Source of the DNA: Candidatus Marinacidobacterium sp.
Lineage (GTDB): Bacteria; Acidobacteriota; Vicinamibacteria; Marinacidobacterales; Marinacidobacteraceae
Assembly: GCA_965204755.1 (NCBI GenBank)
Contig: OZ242011.1
Coordinates: 2,164,975-2,228,974, forward strand
Length of the DNA stretch: 64,000 bases
Direction: 5' to 3'
The position numbers and the translations under genes are program-made. Each line of letters opens with the position of its first letter. The stretch's first letter is position 1. The notes beneath the pieces are model-generated. The model was given only the letters and a program-made list of their open reading frames with translations, made no database searches and had not been told where the DNA came from. Below are positions 52,029 through 62,294 of the stretch, one piece after another.

Positions 52029-53788
52029 CAGGCCTCCCACTGCGGAATGTAGTCGCGCTTCGCCCCCGGCTTCGAGTAGTCGTAGGGCCAGCGGTGGGCC
52101 TCGGGTATGTCGCCCTCCCAGTTCCCGTGCCCCGGCCTCACCGGGGTGGACCACTCGAGGCCGACGGACTCCCAGGGGTTCTCATTCGCTTCGGCGCCGC
52201 GTTTCATGCTCGCGAAGTAGTTGTACATGAACAGGATCTGGCCGAGGAACAGGACGAAGGCCGCGAGCGTGATGAACAGGTTCACCGGCTGCAGCGGCTG
52301 CAGGAACTCGTAGACATTCGGGTCGTAGATGCGCCGCATCATCCCGGAGACGCCGAGGTAGTGCATCGGGAAGAAGACCGCGTAGTAGGCGAGGAAGGTG
52401 ATCCAGAAGTGGATCTTCCCCAGCCTCTCGTTCAGCAGGCGGCCGAACATCTTGGGGTACCAGTAATAGACCGCGGCGAACGCTCCGAACAGCCCGGCGC
52501 CGGCCATGATGAAGTGGAAGTGGCCGACGACGAAGTAGGTGTCGTGGAGTTGGATGTCCACGGAGTTCGTCCCCAGGAAGATCCCGGTGAGACCGCCGGT
52601 CACGAACAGGGAGACCACGCCCAGCGCGAACAGGCTGGCGCTGGTGAACCGGATCTTCGCCCGGGCGATGGTGAACAGCCAGTTGAAGGCCTTGACCGCC
52701 GACGGGATGGCGATGGCGAGCGTGGTCACCACGAACAGGCTGCCGAGGAACGGGCTCATCCCGCTCACGAACATGTGGTGGCCCCAGACCAGGAAACTGA
52801 GCCCGCCGATCGCCATGATCGCGTACACCATCGAGCGGTAGCCGAAGATCGGCCTCCGGCAGAAAGTGGCGAGGATGTCGGAAGTGAATCCCATCGCCGG
52901 CAGCATGATGATGTACACCTCGGGGTGGCCGAGGAACCAGAACAGGTGCTGCCAGAGCAGCGGCGTGCCGCCTTCGTGGGGCATCAGGGTGTCGCCGATG
53001 TAGATCCCGGCGGGAAGGAAGAAACTCGTCCCGAGCGAGCGGTCGAAGGTGAGCAGCAGCGCGCCGGCGGCGAGCGCCGGGAACGACAGCAGGCCGAGGA
53101 TCCCCACGACGAACTGCGCCCAGGTGGTGAGCGGCATCCGCATCATCCGGAGCCCCTTGGTGCGCAGGTTCAGGATGGTGACCACGAAGTTGAGTCCGCC
53201 CATCGTGAACGACGCCACGAAGAAGATCATCCCGATGAGCCACAGGGTCTGCCCGGCGTCCGAGCCGGGAATGGCGCTTCGGATGGCGGAGAGCGGCGGG
53301 TAGGCGGTCCAGCCGGAAGCCGCGGCGCCTCCTTCCACGAAGAAGGAGATGACGATGATGATCGCGCCGGGAACGACCGTCCAGAACGAGAGCATGTTCA
53401 GGAACGGGAACGCCATGTCCCGGGCGCCGATCTGCAGCGGGATGAGGAAGTTCCCGAAGCCGCTCACCGGCAGGAGCGACAGCAGGAAGAACACCATGAT
53501 CGTCCCATGCATCGTGAACAGCGACACATAGAACTCCGGCGTCATGATGCCGCCGGCCATCCCTACCGGGAACAGGTTCTCCAGGAAGGGCCAGGGACGG
53601 GAGGGGAACCCGAGTTGCAGCCGGATCAGGACCGCCAGGATTCCACCGATGAGCCCCATCGTCATCGCCAGCGTGAAGTACTGCTTCCCGATCATCTTGT
53701 GATCGAAACTGAAGATGTACCGGCTGATGAAGGACTGCTTGCCTCCGTGTTCCATCGTGGTTCCTCCGGTCTGGACGCCGGTCGTCAA
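52028..53788 (-). CDS. ctaD: Cytochrome c oxidase subunit I
   Basis: WFLGHPEVYIIMLP, HHMFVSG, 12+ TM helices, 586 aa. Confidence 0.95.
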   Translation of the reverse strand: MTTGVQTGGTTMEHGGKQSFISRYIFSFDHKMIGKQYFTLAMTMGLIGGILAVLIRLQLGFPSRPWPFLENLFPVGMAGGIMTPEFYVSLFTMHGTIMVFFLLSLLPVSGFGNFLIPLQIGARDMAFPFLNMLSFWTVVPGAIIIVISFFVEGGAAASGWTAYPPLSAIRSAIPGSDAGQTLWLIGMIFFVASFTMGGLNFVVTILNLRTKGLRMMRMPLTTWAQFVVGILGLLSFPALAAGALLLTFDRSLGTSFFLPAGIYIGDTLMPHEGGTPLLWQHLFWFLGHPEVYIIMLPAMGFTSDILATFCRRPIFGYRSMVYAIMAIGGLSFLVWGHHMFVSGMSPFLGSLFVVTTLAIAIPSAVKAFNWLFTIARAKIRFTSASLFALGVVSLFVTGGLTGIFLGTNSVDIQLHDTYFVVGHFHFIMAGAGLFGAFAAVYYWYPKMFGRLLNERLGKIHFWITFLAYYAVFFPMHYLGVSGMMRRIYDPNVYEFLQPLQPVNLFITLAAFVLFLGQILFMYNYFASMKRGAEANENPWESVGLEWSTPVRPGHGNWEGDIPEAHRWPYDYSKPGAKRDYIPQWEA

Positions 53789-54693
53789 CTGGCCGAAGCC
53801 GGCCCGTCGGAATCTGGGGGATTCGCCGCGGGCGCTTCCTCGTCGGAGTCCCCGTCGTCGGAATCCCCGTCATCGGCCACCGGAGGCGCCGGGGCGTTTT
53901 CCCGCTGCCACTCCAGGTAGTCCGCTTCCTCCATCACTTCGAGGAACGCCCGCATCCGGTAGTGGCCGAGGCCGCACAGTTCGGCGCAGGCGACCTCGTA
54001 ACTGCCGGTCTTGACCGGCGTGAACCAGACCTCGGTCGTCATCCCGGGAACGAGGTCCTGTTTCACCCGGAAGTTGGGAAGGAACAGGGCGTGCTGCACA
54101 TCCTTCGACCGCATCAGGATCCGGGCCGGACGGTTCACCGGGAGCACCAACTGGTTCGTCAGCACCCAGTCGTCGCCGGCGGCGGGGTCGCTCTCGTCGA
54201 GCCCGATCTGGTTGTCGATGGCGTAGAGCGTCGGGTCGAAACTCCCGAACTCGCCGTCGGCGCCCGGATAGTGGAAGTCCCACTGGAACTGCGCGCCGAC
54301 CGCCATCACGGTGACCGCGTCGTCCGGCGCCGGCGAGCGCACCCGCTCCCAGTACGCGAGCCCGGTGAAGACGATCGGGATCAGGATGAGCCCGGTGCCG
54401 AGCGTCCAGGTCATCTCCAACTTGTGGCTCTCGTGCCAGTGGCTCGCCGCCGCGTTCGGCCGGTCGCCCCGGTAGCGGTAGATCACATAGCCGAGGACGA
54501 GTTGGTACAGGACATACGCGACCCCGGTGATGCCGAGGATCACATAGTAGAGCGTGTCCAGGTAGCCGCGGTCCGAAGCGAGTTCGGGGACGCCGTAACG
54601 GAAGAAGTAGAACACCGAAACGACGACGATCACCCAGATCGACGCCGCCATGGCGATCCCCTGGAGGCTGCCGCCTCGCTTCTCGTCAGCCAC
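53785..54693 (-). CDS. ctaC: Cytochrome c oxidase subunit II (CuA, no fused cytochrome c), acidic C-terminal tail
   Basis: Two N-terminal TM helices and the CuA site CAELCGLGHYRM. The stop overlaps the ctaD start. Confidence 0.9.
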   Translation of the reverse strand: MADEKRGGSLQGIAMAASIWVIVVVSVFYFFRYGVPELASDRGYLDTLYYVILGITGVAYVLYQLVLGYVIYRYRGDRPNAAASHWHESHKLEMTWTLGTGLILIPIVFTGLAYWERVRSPAPDDAVTVMAVGAQFQWDFHYPGADGEFGSFDPTLYAIDNQIGLDESDPAAGDDWVLTNQLVLPVNRPARILMRSKDVQHALFLPNFRVKQDLVPGMTTEVWFTPVKTGSYEVACAELCGLGHYRMRAFLEVMEEADYLEWQRENAPAPPVADDGDSDDGDSDEEAPAANPPDSDGPASAS

Positions 54694-54758
54694 TTCGGTT
54701 CCTCCGGTGGGTTCTCACGCGGCCCCGCGGGCCGAGCCGGACTCCGCTTCCCCGCCTG

Positions 54759-57566
54759 TCAGCGGTCGTACTCCATGATGTAGGAAGCGACCGCGCGCAT
54801 CTGCGCCATCGAGTCGCCTTCCAGGATGTCCGGGAGGGCGGTCAGCAGGTTGCCCTCCTGGTCGGTGGGCCAGAACTGCGGCATCTGGGTGCCGGGCGTG
54901 ATGGTCTGCGGATCGAGCAGCCAGTCCACGATCCACTCGTGGGTGAGCCGTTCCCCGGAGAGCCGGAAGGAGGGCGCGAGTTGCGACGCTTCCATGGTCC
55001 CGGCGGCGGAAGCGATGTGGCACCGCTCGCACTGCAGGCGGTCCAGCAGGTCGGCGCCGGCGCGAAGTTCCGCCCGGTCGTAGACGCGCTCCCCTTCCGT
55101 GTCGAACGGTTGCCCTCCGTCCATCGCCAGGAAGCCGGACACCAGGGTATTCGCCTCGTCGGCAGTGAACGGGAAGGTCGGCATCCGCGCCTCGAGCCAG
55201 AAGCGCACCTCGTCCGGCTCCCTCAGGAAGTGGTAGAGCCAGTCGGCCTGCGTCCGCTTGCCCTGGGTGTGGAGATCCGGCGGGCGCATCCCGGTGTCTT
55301 CGATCGTCTCGTAGATGCCGCCGCCGACCCCGTCCACCAGGTGGCAGCCCCGGCAGTTGTAGTTGCGGATCAGGGCGCGGGCGTCTTCCGCCACCGCTTC
55401 GGGGCCGGAGAGCGTCTTCACCCCTTCGAGCGGGAACTCGTCGCGCACCTGGCCGAGGACATTCCGGACGATGTGCCGGCGGTCGCTGTCGGTGAAGTCG
55501 AACTGCGGCATCCGCAACTTCTCGCCCGGACTCCGGACCTTGCCCTCGTCGTAACTCCGGGGAGCGGCGATCTTCTGCTCCAGCCAAGCCTGGCGGGTGT
55601 GCGGGATGTCCACATACCCGAAGTCGAGCCGCGTGACCATCTTGGAGCCCCAGGAAGACAGGTCCACCCCGATCTTCTGCGCCTCCTCGAACCCGGCGAT
55701 GTCGTGGCATCCGAAGCAGCCGTAGCGGAGGATGAGCCGCTCGCCCGAGAAGAGCAGTTTCTCTTCTTCGGACATCGCCGCGAGGCGTTCGTCCGCGAGC
55801 GCGTCCGGCAGGTTCGTCTTGAGGAACTCCCGGGTGAGGGCGTCGAGTTCGGCGCCGTCCGCCCGGGGCGTCTCCGAAGCGGAGAACGCCTCGTTCCCGA
55901 GGCCCGTCAGGAACGCGGTGATGTCCGCGGCCTCGCCGTCGGTGAGCCGCAGGCTGGGCATGAAGGTCTCGTCCCAGTAGTGGCGGGGGTCCTTCACCCA
56001 CTCGTACAGGAACCCGGCGTCCAACTTGGCGCCGGTCCCGGCGAGGGCCGGCCCGCGCCGCCGGTAGATGCTGGCCCGGTCGAACCCGGACTCGTCGAGC
56101 AGGTGGCAACCCTGGCAACCGAGGGCCGCCACGAGGGTCTCGCCCCGGGCCGCGTTCCCGCGGGGCGGGGCGGCGTACGCCCGCGCCGGCTCGGACTTCG
56201 CGAAGACATATTCGACGATCGCCGCGACTTCGGTGTCGTTCCTGGCCTGATGGGTTTCGTCGGCGTTGTTGCCGAGATCCCAGAAGGTCGGCATCCAGGT
56301 CGAGGGACGGAAGGCCTTGGGGTTCTTCACCCAGCGGGCGGCGAAGGCCTTGTCGGTCTTGCTCGCGATCCGCTCCAGGGACGGTCCGCGCTTCCGGCGG
56401 TCTTCGTAGCCGGTCGTGTTGTGGCACCCCCAGCAGCCGGCCAACTCGTAGGTCAGGCGGCTCTGGTTCAGGTCCCGGGCCTGGGGCAGGAAGACCTGGT
56501 CCCGGTGGCACTTGATGCAGCCCGCTTCCGTGATGTTGGCCGGGTACATCGGGCTGTCCCAGTAGTGGTCTTCCTTCCAGCCGTAGCGCTCCACCCATTC
56601 GCGCTCCTCCTCGGGAGACTCCGGGGTGTGGGTCGCGCCGCTGAAACTGAGTTTCAGACCGCGGCCCAGGTGGCAGGAGGTGCAGCCGAAGTCGTCCACC
56701 GGATGGAAGGACTCGCGGCTGACGAAGGCCTCGAGGTTCGGATGGGCGGTGAACGGCTGGGGCGCGTCCGCGTAGTCCGGGTTGTCGATCCCGAGGTGAC
56801 AACTCTGGCACCGGTCTATGCGGGGCACCTGCGCGAAGTTGAGTTCGCGGGTCACATTCCGGACGAGCACCTGCTGGACCTCGATGGACGGGTCGATGAA
56901 GTCCACGATCGGGAGGTTCCGGAAGGTGTTGGGGAAGTTGTCGGCGAGGCTGTCCAGTTTGCGCCGGGCCAGGGTCACCGCCTGCGTGAGCCGCTCCCGC
57001 TCGGAGGTCATCTCGGTGACCCGCGAACGCAGGGCCCGGCGGGCGGCGCGCTTCTCGGTCAGTTCGTGGTCGAGGGACACCCGGGCGTCGCGGGCCTCGA
57101 AGAAACCGTTCTCCAGCGCCGTGAACTCCTCCTCGGACACCGCCCGGCCGAGCGGCGTGCCGCGCACGCGCGTCTCCTCGAAGTAGAACTTGTCGGAGTC
57201 GTACACCGCCTTGATCTCCCGCTCGCGGATGTCGGCGAGAGTGCGTTCCTCTTCGAGTCCGGCGATCTCGGCCTCCACCGCGTCGAGCGCTCCCTGCTCC
57301 GAGGCGAGAGCGGCCTCGGCCTCGGCGAGTTCCGTCTGCACCCGCTCGAACTCCGTCCGATCGATCCCCGCCTGCGCTTCCTGCATCTGCCGCGCGGTCA
57401 GGTCCCGCTCCATCTCGACGAACTGCCGCTGGTAGGTCTTCCATTCCCGCGAGTAGTCGGCCCAGACCATCCAACCGGTGGAGAAGAGCAGGAGCACGCT
57501 GGAGGCCGCGAAGAGCACATGCAGCCGGCTGATGTCGTGCGCGTGGCCCGGCTTCACATTCGACAC
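54759..57566 (-). CDS. Membrane-anchored octahaem c-type cytochrome with an N-terminal coiled coil
   Basis: Eight CxxCH motifs: CQSCH, CTSCH, CIKCH, CWGCH, CQGCH, CFGCH, CRGCH, CERCH. One N-terminal TM helix. GTG start with GAGGAA upstream. Confidence 0.85.
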   Translation of the reverse strand: MSNVKPGHAHDISRLHVLFAASSVLLLFSTGWMVWADYSREWKTYQRQFVEMERDLTARQMQEAQAGIDRTEFERVQTELAEAEAALASEQGALDAVEAEIAGLEEERTLADIREREIKAVYDSDKFYFEETRVRGTPLGRAVSEEEFTALENGFFEARDARVSLDHELTEKRAARRALRSRVTEMTSERERLTQAVTLARRKLDSLADNFPNTFRNLPIVDFIDPSIEVQQVLVRNVTRELNFAQVPRIDRCQSCHLGIDNPDYADAPQPFTAHPNLEAFVSRESFHPVDDFGCTSCHLGRGLKLSFSGATHTPESPEEEREWVERYGWKEDHYWDSPMYPANITEAGCIKCHRDQVFLPQARDLNQSRLTYELAGCWGCHNTTGYEDRRKRGPSLERIASKTDKAFAARWVKNPKAFRPSTWMPTFWDLGNNADETHQARNDTEVAAIVEYVFAKSEPARAYAAPPRGNAARGETLVAALGCQGCHLLDESGFDRASIYRRRGPALAGTGAKLDAGFLYEWVKDPRHYWDETFMPSLRLTDGEAADITAFLTGLGNEAFSASETPRADGAELDALTREFLKTNLPDALADERLAAMSEEEKLLFSGERLILRYGCFGCHDIAGFEEAQKIGVDLSSWGSKMVTRLDFGYVDIPHTRQAWLEQKIAAPRSYDEGKVRSPGEKLRMPQFDFTDSDRRHIVRNVLGQVRDEFPLEGVKTLSGPEAVAEDARALIRNYNCRGCHLVDGVGGGIYETIEDTGMRPPDLHTQGKRTQADWLYHFLREPDEVRFWLEARMPTFPFTADEANTLVSGFLAMDGGQPFDTEGERVYDRAELRAGADLLDRLQCERCHIASAAGTMEASQLAPSFRLSGERLTHEWIVDWLLDPQTITPGTQMPQFWPTDQEGNLLTALPDILEGDSMAQMRAVASYIMEYDR

Positions 57567-57603
57567 GGGAGTTCCTCGGTTCTCGGATGGCCCTTCGACG
57601 GCG

Positions 57604-58725
57604 TCAGATGTTGAAGAAGATCTCCGGGAAGGCGACGATGTACTTCAGGTTGAACGCCCACCGCAGGTACATCTTGATGGGGAGGCTCATCATCATCAGG
57701 AACAGGCTGACACCCACATAGTAGCGGGGGGCGCCCATCTTCTCGTAGTACTTGCGGAGGCTCAGCCACTTCAGCCCGGTCGGGAAGCGTTCCTTCGGCC
57801 AGGACATCACCACGGGAAGCGCGAACACATAGGCCCCCACCAGGAGGACGCCCAACCACTCCCTCATGAGCGCGGCGGCGAATCCGCCGGAAGGCAACGG
57901 CCGCCCGAGCAGTTTCACCCAGAAGAAGTCGGAGACATTGACATTCAGGAGCGGCTCGACCCGGTGCACATCCCAGTACTCGTAGGGGCCGAAGAAGTTC
58001 CAGTTCGGCCCCCTCAGGAAGGTGCCGGAGATCACCAGCAGGCTCCAGAGGATCAAGAAGCCGTAGAGGAAGACCACGATCTCCGCCTTGCGCTCGCGGA
58101 AGGTGTAGTAGCCGTTGCCCTTCGGGTTCGTGTCGATGTAGGGGATCGCGATCAGCCCCACGATGATGAGCGTCGGATAGACCACGCCCGCGAGCCAGGG
58201 GTCGAAATAGACCAGCATCTCCTGGAGCCCGAGGAAGTACCAAGGCGCCTTCGAGGGGTTCGGGGAGTCCGCCGGGTTGGCCGGCTGTTCGAGCGGCGCC
58301 GCCGCCAGGATGGACCACACCAGCAGCACGATGCTGAGCAGCACCATCGCCAGCATCTCGGTGTACACCAGGTCCGGCCACACCCAGACCTTCCCGGACT
58401 CCTTCTTCTCGAGGACTTCGCCGCCCCCCCCGCTCCGCTCGTCGTTGCGGGTTCCTTGGTACATCGCGAACCAGGTGAAGAAGAGGACCAGGAACAGGAC
58501 GCCGGTGATCGGCACATTGTCCGGTTTGGCGACGATCAGGAAGAAGTTCGGATCCCACATGCTCGCCACATAGAACACGGCGAGGACGGCGAAGAAGATC
58601 CGGGCGGAGGTGAGGCTCCAGACCTGGGTGAACCGGAATGCGGCCAGCAGGCCCACGGTGGTGATCGTGAACAGCACGGTGGGCCCGGAGGCCCAGTTCA
58701 CGAGGTCCCGGAAGAGGTCGAGCAC
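57604..58725 (-). CDS. Cytochrome b C-terminal part (b6f subunit IV-like) with extra TM helices
   Basis: PEWYFL-equivalent motif APWYFLGLQEML. Polytopic, and directly downstream of the b6-like gene. Confidence 0.85.
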   Translation of the reverse strand: MLDLFRDLVNWASGPTVLFTITTVGLLAAFRFTQVWSLTSARIFFAVLAVFYVASMWDPNFFLIVAKPDNVPITGVLFLVLFFTWFAMYQGTRNDERSGGGGEVLEKKESGKVWVWPDLVYTEMLAMVLLSIVLLVWSILAAAPLEQPANPADSPNPSKAPWYFLGLQEMLVYFDPWLAGVVYPTLIIVGLIAIPYIDTNPKGNGYYTFRERKAEIVVFLYGFLILWSLLVISGTFLRGPNWNFFGPYEYWDVHRVEPLLNVNVSDFFWVKLLGRPLPSGGFAAALMREWLGVLLVGAYVFALPVVMSWPKERFPTGLKWLSLRKYYEKMGAPRYYVGVSLFLMMMSLPIKMYLRWAFNLKYIVAFPEIFFNI

Positions 58726-58782
58726 GCGGCTGCGGTGGGTCTTCGGCGGGTCGCTGAGCGGTTTTCGGACGGATCTCCCCGG

Positions 58783-59583
58783 CTACATCGGGCCGGAGAT
58801 TCCCCCGTCCTTCCGCACGCGCCAGAAATGCACCGCCATGAGCACGGCGGCGATGAGCGGGAGCCCGACGCAGTGGAGCACATAGAAGCGCAGCAGCGTC
58901 GGTTGGCCGACGGACTGCGCGCCGAGCAGCGCGAAACGCGCGTCGTTGCCGGCGTTGATCAGGTTGATGTCCCCGAGCGTGAGCGACGCCGAGAGCGGCC
59001 CCTCCGTGCCGAGCAGCGGCGTCGCCCGCGCCATGTTGGAGCCCACGGTGATCGCCCAGATCGCCAGTTGGTCCCACGGCAGCAGGTAGCCGGTGAACGA
59101 CAGGAGCATGGTGAGCACCAGGAGCACGACGCCGACTCCCCAGTTGAACTCGCGCGGCGGCTTGTACGAGCCGGTCATGAACACCCGCAGCATGTGGAGC
59201 CAGACGGTGATCACCATCGCGTGGGCGCCCCAGCGATGGAGTTCCCGCATGATGCCGAGCGGCACATGCTCCTGGAGGTCCACGATGTCCGCGTACGCGT
59301 ATTCCACCGTGGGCCGGTAGTAGAACATGAGGAGCAGCCCGGTGAAGGTCAGGACCAGGAACAGGAAGAAGGTGATCCCGCCCATGCACCAGGTGTAGCG
59401 CAGTTTGATGCCGGCTTTGCGCGACTTGACCGGGTGCAGGTGCAAGAACACATTGCTCATCATCACCAGCGCCCGGTTCCGGTTGCTGACCGGCTTTCCG
59501 TGGCGGAAGACGGACGACCAGATCTGCGAGTCCGTCGCTTCTTTCCACGCGGCGCCCAAGGCGTCCGTGATTCGTTTCAGCAC
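58783..59583 (-). CDS. Cytochrome b6-like N-terminal cytochrome b
   Basis: Four-helix haem-b core with His ligands ([10 protein letters not shown]...WLHMLRVF, and later FYVLHCV). Confidence 0.9.
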   Translation of the reverse strand: MLKRITDALGAAWKEATDSQIWSSVFRHGKPVSNRNRALVMMSNVFLHLHPVKSRKAGIKLRYTWCMGGITFFLFLVLTFTGLLLMFYYRPTVEYAYADIVDLQEHVPLGIMRELHRWGAHAMVITVWLHMLRVFMTGSYKPPREFNWGVGVVLLVLTMLLSFTGYLLPWDQLAIWAITVGSNMARATPLLGTEGPLSASLTLGDINLINAGNDARFALLGAQSVGQPTLLRFYVLHCVGLPLIAAVLMAVHFWRVRKDGGISGPM

Positions 59584-59608
59584 TCTCTCGCCTTGCGGTT
59601 CGCGCCGA

Positions 59609-60256
59609 CTAGATCAGCGGGAGGAAGGAGGCCGGGTCCTCCCATTGGCCGGCTTCGAACTTGAACAGCCGCGACTTGTCGATCAGGAGTTGTCCGTCGT
59701 CGGCCAGACCGACTCCCACCCGCTCGAGCGGACGGGGCGCCGGCCCTTCGAAGTTGATTCCGGTGGCGTAGAAGCCGCTCCCGTGGCAGGGGCACTTGAA
59801 CTTCGCTTCCGCTTCCAGCCAGTTGGGAGTGCAGCCCAAGTGGGTGCAGATCGTCGAGAGGGCGTAGATCTTCTCCTCGTCGCGGACGATCCAGACCTGG
59901 TAGCGCTCCTTGAAGCGGGTGTCCACCACGCCGATGGCGAAGTCGTCGGGGAGGCCGGCCTTGAAGGTGGACGGCGGCTCCGTCAGCACATTGGGGAAGA
60001 GGAACCGCCCGACCGCGGTCAAGCCGAGCGCCATGGCGCCGGTGAACACCCCCCACGCCACGGCGAGGAACGGGAATTCCCGCCGGGTGACCTTCTTCGC
60101 GGCGGGCTTGGCGCCCGGTTTACCGGCCGCGGGCTTCGCCGCCGCGGCTGCGCCGGGCTTGGCCCCCACGGCGCCGGCGGCCTTCTCCGCGGGCGCTGCG
60201 GCCTTCGGCGCCGCCTCCGACCCGGAGGCCGAAGAGGGGTTCGGAGCGTCCGGCAT
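59609..60256 (-). CDS. Rieske 2Fe-2S subunit with an Ala/Lys/Pro-rich N-terminal extension
   Basis: CTHLGC and CPCHGS boxes. ATG 60256. The track ORF 59609..61330 reads through upstream. Confidence 0.9.
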   Translation of the reverse strand: MPDAPNPSSASGSEAAPKAAAPAEKAAGAVGAKPGAAAAAKPAAGKPGAKPAAKKVTRREFPFLAVAWGVFTGAMALGLTAVGRFLFPNVLTEPPSTFKAGLPDDFAIGVVDTRFKERYQVWIVRDEEKIYALSTICTHLGCTPNWLEAEAKFKCPCHGSGFYATGINFEGPAPRPLERVGVGLADDGQLLIDKSRLFKFEAGQWEDPASFLPLI

Positions 60257-60375
60257 GATCGAGAAGGATCCGGCCGGCCAGAGCGCCGGCGGGCCGCCGA
60301 TTTTACCCAACTCCCCGCCGTTCCGGTACCCGGCGGCCGGAGCGGAACCCGGTCGGTCCGCCCGGCGCCCGGGGG

Positions 60376-61269
60376 CTACCGGGGCGTCGGACGGTCGCCG
60401 GCGAGCGCCGCGAGCGCCGCTTCGCGCACGCGCAACTCGGGGTCGGAATCCCCGACGCGCCGCAGGGCCTCGCGGACCGCCGGGGAGTCCAGCGCCCCGG
60501 CGGCGCGCACGGCGGCGAGCCGGGCCGCGGCCCGTTCGCCGTCCGTCATGCCGGGCGCCGCGGCCCAGAAGTCCGGCGCCATCATGCCCAGCAGTCGGCC
60601 CTCGCTTGCGGGGTCGCCGAGCCGGGCGAGCGCCACCACGGCGTTCGTCGAGACATCGAGCACCGGGTCGTCGGCCGCCCGGAGCAGGGCCTCGCGCGCG
60701 CCGGGGCCGCCGACCGCGCCGAGGCCGTACACCGCCATGGTGCGGAGTCCGGCGTCCTCCGCCCGGCTGGCTTCGACGAGCGCCGCGGAGGCCGGTTCGC
60801 CGCCGACCGCGCCGAGGGCCCAGGCGGCATAGACCCGAACGGTGTCGTCCGGATCGGAGAGCGCCGGGACGAGCGCCGGCGCGGCCGCCGGATCGCCGAG
60901 GGTTCCGAGCGCGAGCGCCAGGTACTGCCGGAGGAACGGCTCGGCGCCCGAGTCCGCCGAGGCCTCGAGGAAGGCGTCCACCAAGTCCGGGCCCAGGGCG
61001 GCGAATTCGGCGGGCTCGCCGTGCTGGATGCGGTTCGCCAATTCGAAGGCCGCCTGCCGTTTCTCCCGGCTGCCGCCGCTGCGCAACTGCTGCAGGTAGT
61101 CCGCGGCGGTGGTGTCGTCCGACACCAGCCAGGCGAAACCGAGGAACAGGCCGACGCCGATGACGACCACGCCCATCGGGATGACGAAGAACTGGAGCAG
61201 CGTCCGGGCGAAGGACGCCGCCGGCGGTCCGGTCTCGGCCGGCGGCGGCGGGGGGGAGGATTCGGTCAC
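60376..61269 (-). CDS. Membrane-anchored HEAT-repeat (PBS-lyase-type) protein
   Basis: One TM helix followed by repeated ...D..VR..AA.ALG.. units. GTG 61269 overlaps the DAHP synthase stop (GTGA). Confidence 0.65.
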   Translation of the reverse strand: MTESSPPPPPAETGPPAASFARTLLQFFVIPMGVVVIGVGLFLGFAWLVSDDTTAADYLQQLRSGGSREKRQAAFELANRIQHGEPAEFAALGPDLVDAFLEASADSGAEPFLRQYLALALGTLGDPAAAPALVPALSDPDDTVRVYAAWALGAVGGEPASAALVEASRAEDAGLRTMAVYGLGAVGGPGAREALLRAADDPVLDVSTNAVVALARLGDPASEGRLLGMMAPDFWAAAPGMTDGERAAARLAAVRAAGALDSPAVREALRRVGDSDPELRVREAALAALAGDRPTPR

Positions 61270-62270
61270 AGCGGGTCGAGTTCCCGGAGGACCGCCAAGT
61301 CGCCCAGGATTCCGGAGAAAGTCGCCACATCCACCGTCTGCCGGGGATCGGTGTACGCGGTGTCGGGGTGGGTGTGCACTTCGATCAGCAGCCCGGAGGC
61401 CCCGGCGCCGGCCGCCGCCCGGGCCAGCGGGCGCACGCGGTCGCGCTCGGCGACGGCGCGGGAGAGGTTCACGAACACCGGCAGGTGGGACATCCGGCGG
61501 ACGACCGGCACCACATGCAGGTCGAGCAGCGTTCGGGCCTGCCCGGCGGTCCGGACACCGCGTTCGCAGAGGACGACATCGCGCTTTTCCCGCGCCAGCA
61601 GCGACTCCGCGGCGAGCAGCCACTCCTCCACGGTGGCCGATGGCCCCCGGTCCACGATCACCGGCTTCGAGAGGCTCGCGGCGACTTCGAGCAGCGGCTC
61701 GTTCTCCATGTGCCGGGCGGCGACTTCGACGGCGTCCACATGGTCGGCGACCCGTTCCGCGGACCGCGGGTCCACGATCTCGGTGACCACCGGCAGGCCG
61801 GTCTCCTCCCGGACGCGCTCCAGGGTGTGGAGTCCCTCGTCCCCGAGGCCGGCGAAGCGGTAGGGCCCGATCTGCTCCGACCACAGCCGCGCCCGGAACA
61901 GGTGGGCGCCGGCGTCGCGGACCGCCCGCGCGATCGCCAGGGTGCGGGCCTCGGTCTCGACGCTCCCCGGCCCGGCGGCGACGACCGGGTGGGGCCCGCC
62001 GACGGTCACGCCGCCGATTTCGACCACGGTGTCCTCCGGATGCACCTCCCGGCTCACCAACTTGAAGGGCTTGGTCACCGGGATGCAGCGGGCCACCCCG
62101 GGCAGCCGCACCAGGTAGGAGTCCTCCACCGGCCCGCGGTTCCCGGTGACGCAGATCGCCGTGCGGTCGGCGCCGGGCACCCGGAGCGGGGTGTAGCCCA
62201 TTCCGCGGATCGCCTCTTCCACCCGGGCGTACTCCGGCTCCCCGGAGTCGGGGCTCATGATGACCAGCAT
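61266..62270 (-). CDS. 3-deoxy-7-phosphoheptulonate (DAHP) synthase, type I-beta, with an N-terminal regulatory domain
   Basis: The N-terminal ~70 aa looks like a ferredoxin-like domain, followed by a KDO8P/DAHP-I-beta barrel (GPGSVE, KPVIVDRGPSAT, LLIEVH.PD.A.TD). Confidence 0.8.
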   Translation of the reverse strand: MLVIMSPDSGEPEYARVEEAIRGMGYTPLRVPGADRTAICVTGNRGPVEDSYLVRLPGVARCIPVTKPFKLVSREVHPEDTVVEIGGVTVGGPHPVVAAGPGSVETEARTLAIARAVRDAGAHLFRARLWSEQIGPYRFAGLGDEGLHTLERVREETGLPVVTEIVDPRSAERVADHVDAVEVAARHMENEPLLEVAASLSKPVIVDRGPSATVEEWLLAAESLLAREKRDVVLCERGVRTAGQARTLLDLHVVPVVRRMSHLPVFVNLSRAVAERDRVRPLARAAAGAGASGLLIEVHTHPDTAYTDPRQTVDVATFSGILGDLAVLRELDPL

Positions 62271-62294
62271 GGCTTCGGCGCTCGGGGCCGCCGA

